Source of the DNA: Desulfosoma sp.
GTDB lineage: Bacteria; Desulfobacterota; Syntrophobacteria; Syntrophobacterales; DSM-9756
Direction of reading: 5' to 3'
NCBI GenBank assembly: GCA_037481835.1
Contig: JBBFKW010000027.1
Location: forward strand, 1,354-13,412
Length of the DNA stretch: 12,059 nucleotides
Positions 7,465 through 12,059 of this stretch are shown one piece after another. The notes under the pieces were generated by a model, which was not told where the DNA came from, did no database searches, and was given only the letters and a program-made list of their open reading frames with translations. A program made the position numbers and the translations under genes. Within the stretch, counting starts at the first letter, position 1, and every line of letters begins with the position of its first letter.

Positions 7465-7599
7465 GCCAAGCTTTGGAACCAACCGAAATGGGCCGTTTAA
7501 CCGTTGTGCCCGTGGAAGGCGCCGGGGGGCGCCCGGTTCTTCCAACCGGCGGGCGTCATGAAGGGGACGCTGTGAGCGGGACACCTAGGGGAGGATCCG

Positions 7600-10257
7600 G
7601 TGGCAAGCGCGTTGAGAAGGGGCCTGGAAAAGTGGGCGAAGAACGTGTCGGGCTGGCTCGGACTCTCCCTATCCAAGGAACCGGCTTCTGAGGAGAGCCT
7701 GGAGGATCTGCGTCTTGCTTTTCAGAACCGGTATCATCACTTCAAACTCCTTCTAAACGCCAACAATCGCGCCTTGGAGATCATGACCGAAATGGAAGAG
7801 ATGCTCCAAGGCACGCGCCCTTTCGGCATGAGCTTCGTGAGATCCCGCTGCACGCAGGTTTCCACCAGTGTTTTCCAGATCATCCAGCATTTGGATGCCT
7901 TAGCCCCCGGAAAATATACCGAGCTCTACGAGCGGTTCAGGTCCATCCAAAGGGAGATCAACCCGTATATCCACGCCGCGCGGCCGTCGGCTGCCGGGCC
8001 TTTGGTGGTGCCCATGGATCAGGTGGACAAGGAGTCGGGCGATCTTGTGGGATCCAAGATGGCGAACCTGGGCGAACTGAAGCGCCGCCTGGGCGTGACC
8101 ACTCCCGAAGGGTTCGCGGTCACCGTGCACGGCACCACCCGTTTTTTTGAAGAAAACGACCTTCAGGAAGAAATCGATCGGCGGGTGCAGGCGGTGCCTT
8201 CGGATCGATTGGACGATCTTTTCGCCCTGAGCGCCCAGATTCAGCAGCTGGTCATTGCCGCTTCGGTGCCTCACGACCTCCGGCAGGCCGTGGAAGCCCA
8301 AGTCAAGGCCCTCAAAGACAGGATGGGGGGGCGGCTGCGTTTTGCCGTGAGAAGCAGTTCTTTGGCGGAAGATCTTCCGGGCATGTCCTTTGCCGGCCAG
8401 TTCCGCTCCGAGCTCAACGTGGGCGAAGAAAACATCCTGCAGGCCTTCAAGGAAGTGGTGGCCAGCAAGTACGGTGTGGCCGCCATGACGTACCGGCTCC
8501 GCCACGGCCTTCGGGACGAGGACGTAGCCATGTGCGTGGGATGCCTCGTCATGGTGGACGCCGTGGCGAGCGGGGTGCTCTACACGCGAAATCCGCTGAA
8601 TATCCGAGACGACGTCCTGGTGATCAACGGCGTGTGGGGGCTTCCCAAGTCGGTCGTGGACGGCAGTGTGAGCCCCGACGTGTGGGTCGTGTCCCGCAGG
8701 GAACCGCACGCGGTGCTGGAGCGCCGCATTGGGGAAAAATCGGTCAAGTATGTCTGCTATCCGGATGAAGGGGTATGTCGGCTGGAGACGGCCGGGGATG
8801 AAAGCCGCCGCCCGTGCCTGACGGATGCCCAGGTGGCGGAGCTGGCCGGGCTGGCCCTTCGCATCGAGGCCCATTACGGTGGGGCTCAGGATATCGAATG
8901 GGCCGTGGACGGCTCGGGCCGTTTCGTCATCCTCCAGACGCGGCCTTTTGAAGGGCGCGCCTCGGAAAATCGGCCCGTTCACGTCCCCGGCGAAGACCGC
9001 GGCATTCCCGAGGGCGTCCAGGTCCTCGCCGAAGGGGGCGTTACCGCCTCGTCCGGTGCGGCGTCCGGGCCCGTTTTCGTGGTGCGCCGCGACGCCGATG
9101 CCTTGCAGTTTCCCGAAGGGGCCGTCTTGGTGGTGGCCCAGGCGCTGCCCCGCTGGGCGCCGCTTCTCGGGCGTGCCGCCGCAGTCGTCAGCGAACAGGG
9201 AAGCGTGGCCGGCCATTTGGCCAACGTGGCCCGGGAGTTCCGGGTTCCCGCCCTTTTTGGCATTCCTGGCATCCTGGAACGCCTGGAACCGGGTCGCATG
9301 ATCACCGTGGATGCCGACCAGGGACGCATCTACGACGGTTTGGTGGAATTGCACACGGAGCGGCCTGGAGAACGCCCGGCCCTCATGAAAGGCACCCCTG
9401 TTTACGAGGCCCTGGAAGGGGTGAGTCGCCTGATTCTTCCCCTGCATCTTCTGGATCCCGAATCGCCGGATTTTTCACCCAAAAAATGCCGTACTTTCCA
9501 CGACATCACGCGGTTCTGTCACGAAAAGGCCGTGGATGAGATGTTCCGGTTCGGTTCGGAACATCGCTTTCCCCAAAAGTCGGCCAAGCAGCTCAAATGC
9601 CGCGTGCCCATGCAGTTTTGGATCATCAATCTGGATGACGGTTTCGTGGATGACATCGACGGCCCTTACGTCACCTTGGACCAAATCGTCTCTGTGCCCA
9701 TGCTCGCCCTATGGCAGGGGATGACGGCCATCCCGTGGGAGGGGCCGCCTCCCATCGACAGCAAGGGGTTCATGTCCATTCTCATGGAAGCCACGTTCAA
9801 CCCGGGTCTGGATCCTTCCGTGGCGTCCCCGTACGCCATCCGGAATTACTTCATGATTTCTCGGAATTTCTGCAGTCTCCAGTCCCGGTTCGGTTTTCAT
9901 TTTTCCACCGTGGAAACCCTGGTGGACGAAAGGACGTCCCAGAACTACGCGAGCTTTCAGTTCAAAGGCGGAGCGGCCGACCGCACGAGGCGGATCCTTC
10001 GCGCCCGTTTCGTGGCGGACCTCCTGGAGGCGTTCGATTTCCGCTGTGAAGTGCGGGAGGATGCGGCCTTCGCCCGCCTAGAAGGCCGCCCTCAAGACAT
10101 CATGGTGGATCGGCTGCGCATTTTGGGTTATCTCATCATTCACACGCGCCAGCTGGACATGGTCATGACCAATGCAGGTTCAGTGCACCACTACAGGACC
10201 AAGATGCTCCAGGAGATCGAAACGGTGCGGCGCGCTGAGGGTCTGGTCTGTCCATAG
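7600..10257 (+). CDS. PEP synthase/PPDK-related protein: helical N-extension + ATP-grasp (PPDK_N) + phospho-His swivel domain + unassigned C-terminal domain, 885 aa
   Basis: PPDK_N motifs VGSKMANLGEL, PEGFAVT, FAVRSSSLAED...SFAGQF, SGVLYTRNP, GLPKSVVDGSVSPD, QDIEWA...ILQTRP. Swivel domain ASSGAASGPV...VVSEQGSVAGHLANVAREFRVPALFG...ITVDADQGRIYDG (His at residue 539). GTG start preceded by GGGGAGGA. Not called ppsA because the C-terminal pyruvate-binding barrel motifs were not seen. Confidence 0.9.
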   Translation: MASALRRGLEKWAKNVSGWLGLSLSKEPASEESLEDLRLAFQNRYHHFKLLLNANNRALEIMTEMEEMLQGTRPFGMSFVRSRCTQVSTSVFQIIQHLDALAPGKYTELYERFRSIQREINPYIHAARPSAAGPLVVPMDQVDKESGDLVGSKMANLGELKRRLGVTTPEGFAVTVHGTTRFFEENDLQEEIDRRVQAVPSDRLDDLFALSAQIQQLVIAASVPHDLRQAVEAQVKALKDRMGGRLRFAVRSSSLAEDLPGMSFAGQFRSELNVGEENILQAFKEVVASKYGVAAMTYRLRHGLRDEDVAMCVGCLVMVDAVASGVLYTRNPLNIRDDVLVINGVWGLPKSVVDGSVSPDVWVVSRREPHAVLERRIGEKSVKYVCYPDEGVCRLETAGDESRRPCLTDAQVAELAGLALRIEAHYGGAQDIEWAVDGSGRFVILQTRPFEGRASENRPVHVPGEDRGIPEGVQVLAEGGVTASSGAASGPVFVVRRDADALQFPEGAVLVVAQALPRWAPLLGRAAAVVSEQGSVAGHLANVAREFRVPALFGIPGILERLEPGRMITVDADQGRIYDGLVELHTERPGERPALMKGTPVYEALEGVSRLILPLHLLDPESPDFSPKKCRTFHDITRFCHEKAVDEMFRFGSEHRFPQKSAKQLKCRVPMQFWIINLDDGFVDDIDGPYVTLDQIVSVPMLALWQGMTAIPWEGPPPIDSKGFMSILMEATFNPGLDPSVASPYAIRNYFMISRNFCSLQSRFGFHFSTVETLVDERTSQNYASFQFKGGAADRTRRILRARFVADLLEAFDFRCEVREDAAFARLEGRPQDIMVDRLRILGYLIIHTRQLDMVMTNAGSVHHYRTKMLQEIETVRRAEGLVCP

Positions 10258-10317
10258 GAGGGCGCTTGGCCCCGGTGGCCGCACCGAAAGACGGGATGTC
10301 GCCGCAGGAGATTTTTC

Positions 10318-11610
10318 ATGGGTCCCATGACGTTCCAAAGTGATTTGACAACGATCGCCTTCAGCCGGAGCAAGCTCATGGGCCGCAACCGGGCCCTGTC
10401 GGTGCTCTTGGGGCTGAGCGAACTGTTGTCCCAGTCCAAGGGGGTCAGCGAGCTCCTCAACCAGGCCCTGGATTATGTGCTGGAACACACGGCCTTTGAT
10501 GCCGGACGCATCTACCTCATGGAGCCCGACCGGCAGGGTTTGCGGTTGGCCGCCCATCGGGGGCTGGACGTGGAAGGTTTGGAACGGGTGAGTTTGGACG
10601 AAGGCTTTACGGGACGGGCGGCCAAAACGTGTTCTTTCATCGCCCAATCGGTGCAGGCTTTGGGGGACGCCAAAAGAGCCGAACTCTTGGCGTCCAAAGG
10701 GATTCACACGGTGGTCTGTGTCCCGTTCGTCGTTTTGGACCGCGTGGAAGGGGTCATGAACCTGGCGGCCAAGAGCCCGATCCAGTTGGACCACGATGAG
10801 GTGGATCTTCTCATGATGATCGGCCACCTCATCGGTGTGGCGGCCATTCATTCGGAAACGGAAGAAATTCTTCGGGAGATCGTCGAAGAGCTGCAACACA
10901 GGAACGAGACTATCAAGCTTTTCGTTTCCACGGTAGGCCACGACTTGAAGGGGCCGGCCGTAGCCGCCTACGGGTTTGCCAAGCGATTGCAGGAACGCTA
11001 CGCCGGCGTGCTGGATGAGCGAGGCAAGCTCTATTGTGAGCAGATTCTTAAGGCGACAAGGCAAATTGCGTGCATGGTGGACGAACTGAACAGCTTCGTC
11101 CGCACCCGCGAAATGACCCTTCAGATTCGTCGCCTTCCCGTATCGGCCTTGTGGGAGAGCCTGCGGCAGGAGTTTTCGCCGGAGTTTGCCAAGAGATCCG
11201 TGCGTTGGGAGGAGCATTCCCCGGTGGCGGAAGTGACGGCCGACGAAGTCATGGTGCTGCGGGCCTTGAGGAACCTCGTGCAGAACGCCTTGACCCACGG
11301 CGGTCCGACCCTGAGCGCCATTCGCGTGGGCTGTGACGAAAGGGAAGGATTTTTCGTCTTTTGGGTTGCCGATGACGGCCGAGGTATTCCCGCGGAAGAG
11401 CACGAAAAATTATTCCAACCCTTTGCCCGACTGAAGACGTCTCAGTCCGTGGAAGGCTCGGGCTTGGGATTGACCATCGTGCGCGAAGTGGCGCATCGCC
11501 ACGGGGGGGAAGCCTGGGTGCGTTCCGAGCCGGGCAAGGGGGCGGTTTTCTTTTTCAGCGTGGCGAAAGCAAAGGCGGCCGAATGCCGGTGCGGCCATGA
11601 AGGAGGGTGA
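10318..11610 (+). CDS. Cytoplasmic GAF-domain sensor histidine kinase, 430 aa
   Basis: GAF pattern (AGRIYLME...LRLAAHRGL...EGFTGRAAKT...VVCVPFVVLDRVEGVMNLA). H-box VGHDLKGP, N-box ALRNLVQNALTH, DDGRGI, LFQPFARL, GSGLGLTIV. No TM segment. AGGAG lies 7 nt before the ATG. Confidence 0.93.
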   Translation: MGPMTFQSDLTTIAFSRSKLMGRNRALSVLLGLSELLSQSKGVSELLNQALDYVLEHTAFDAGRIYLMEPDRQGLRLAAHRGLDVEGLERVSLDEGFTGRAAKTCSFIAQSVQALGDAKRAELLASKGIHTVVCVPFVVLDRVEGVMNLAAKSPIQLDHDEVDLLMMIGHLIGVAAIHSETEEILREIVEELQHRNETIKLFVSTVGHDLKGPAVAAYGFAKRLQERYAGVLDERGKLYCEQILKATRQIACMVDELNSFVRTREMTLQIRRLPVSALWESLRQEFSPEFAKRSVRWEEHSPVAEVTADEVMVLRALRNLVQNALTHGGPTLSAIRVGCDEREGFFVFWVADDGRGIPAEEHEKLFQPFARLKTSQSVEGSGLGLTIVREVAHRHGGEAWVRSEPGKGAVFFFSVAKAKAAECRCGHEGG

Positions 11611-11612
11611 CC

Positions 11613-12059
11613 ATGTTCAAGAAGATTCTGTTCCCGGTGGATTTTTCCGATGTGTCGGCCAGGATTGTGCCCGTGGTGCGGGAAATGGCCGCCCGTTTCG
11701 ACGCCTCCGTTCATGTGCTCTTCGTGGCGCGGGTTTTCGAGCACCTGGGAAGCATCTACGTGCCGCACCCCAGCATCAAGACCATTCAAGCGGAATTGGC
11801 CGAAGGGGCTCAAAGAAAACTCGCCGAATTCCTCGCGCAACATTTCCATGGGGTTTCCGTGGAGGGCCGCGTGGTTTCCGGCGATCCCGCCGAGGAGATA
11901 CTGAAGTATGCGAGTTCCCAGGGGATCGATCTCATCATCATGGGCACCCACGGGCGCAAGGGGCTGGAACGGATCGTCTTCGGAAGTGTGGCGGAACGGG
12001 TGGTCAAAGGAGCCGCCATGCCGGTGCTCACCGTGAACCCTTACGGCGACAAGACAAAG
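11613..12059 (+). CDS. Universal stress protein (UspA family), stop codon beyond the window edge
   Basis: Manually translated (absent from the ORF track): MFKKILFPVDFSDVSARIVPVVREMAARFDASVHVLFVA...VVSGDPAEEILKYASSQGIDLIIMGTHGRKGLERIVFGSVAERVVKGAAMPVLTVNPYGDKTK. AGGAGG upstream; 149 open codons to the window end. Confidence 0.95.
   Translation, partial: MFKKILFPVDFSDVSARIVPVVREMAARFDASVHVLFVARVFEHLGSIYVPHPSIKTIQAELAEGAQRKLAEFLAQHFHGVSVEGRVVSGDPAEEILKYASSQGIDLIIMGTHGRKGLERIVFGSVAERVVKGAAMPVLTVNPYGDKTK

Noticed and set aside
7268..7691. Small ORFs spanning the 7347-7599 spacer (7268-7561, 7285-7584, 7356-7691)
   Set aside because: Arg/Pro/Gly-rich translations typical of non-coding GC-rich DNA; each overlaps a real gene and the hairpin.
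7600..10257. Assigning ppsA, ppdK or rph
   Set aside because: The pyruvate-binding barrel motifs were not seen, and the His domain is central rather than C-terminal as in rifampicin phosphotransferase.
10318..10900. GAF kinase as a phytochrome-like photoreceptor
   Set aside because: No PAS/PHY domains or DIP chromophore-pocket motif are visible.
7900..11403. Minus-strand ORFs of 515 aa (7900-9447) and 407 aa (10180-11403)
   Set aside because: Antisense shadows of the PEPS-like and GAF-kinase genes.
11442..12031. ORFs 11442-11951 (-), 11650-11904 (+) and 11810-12031 (-)
   Set aside because: Alternative frames over the clear USP reading frame starting at 11613.

Overview
A GC-rich bacterial signalling and transport cluster whose gene content resembles Desulfobacterota (sulfate reducers/syntrophs); the taxonomy is an inference. 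Two units diverge from a ~400 bp intergenic region (1343-1747) that carries a near-consensus sigma-54 (-24/-12) promoter and a candidate enhancer palindrome. Leftward: a histidine kinase with only a short membrane anchor, then a stand-alone receiver protein. Rightward: an atypical receiver, a Cache-like periplasmic-sensor histidine kinase, three tandem stand-alone receivers, a TauE/SafE-family membrane protein with a 2-TM partner, a strong hairpin, an 885-aa PEP-synthase-like protein, a cytoplasmic GAF histidine kinase, and a universal stress protein. The stress protein is missing from the ORF track because it runs off the window end. The most notable features are 3 kinases and 5 receivers with no DNA-binding or enzymatic output domain in the window, and a PEP-synthase-like protein that keeps its ATP-grasp and phospho-His domains but appears to lack the pyruvate-binding barrel. 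Together with the TauE pair these may form an uncharacterised phosphorelay-controlled transport/phosphotransfer system. No RNA genes, CRISPR arrays or mobile elements were seen.
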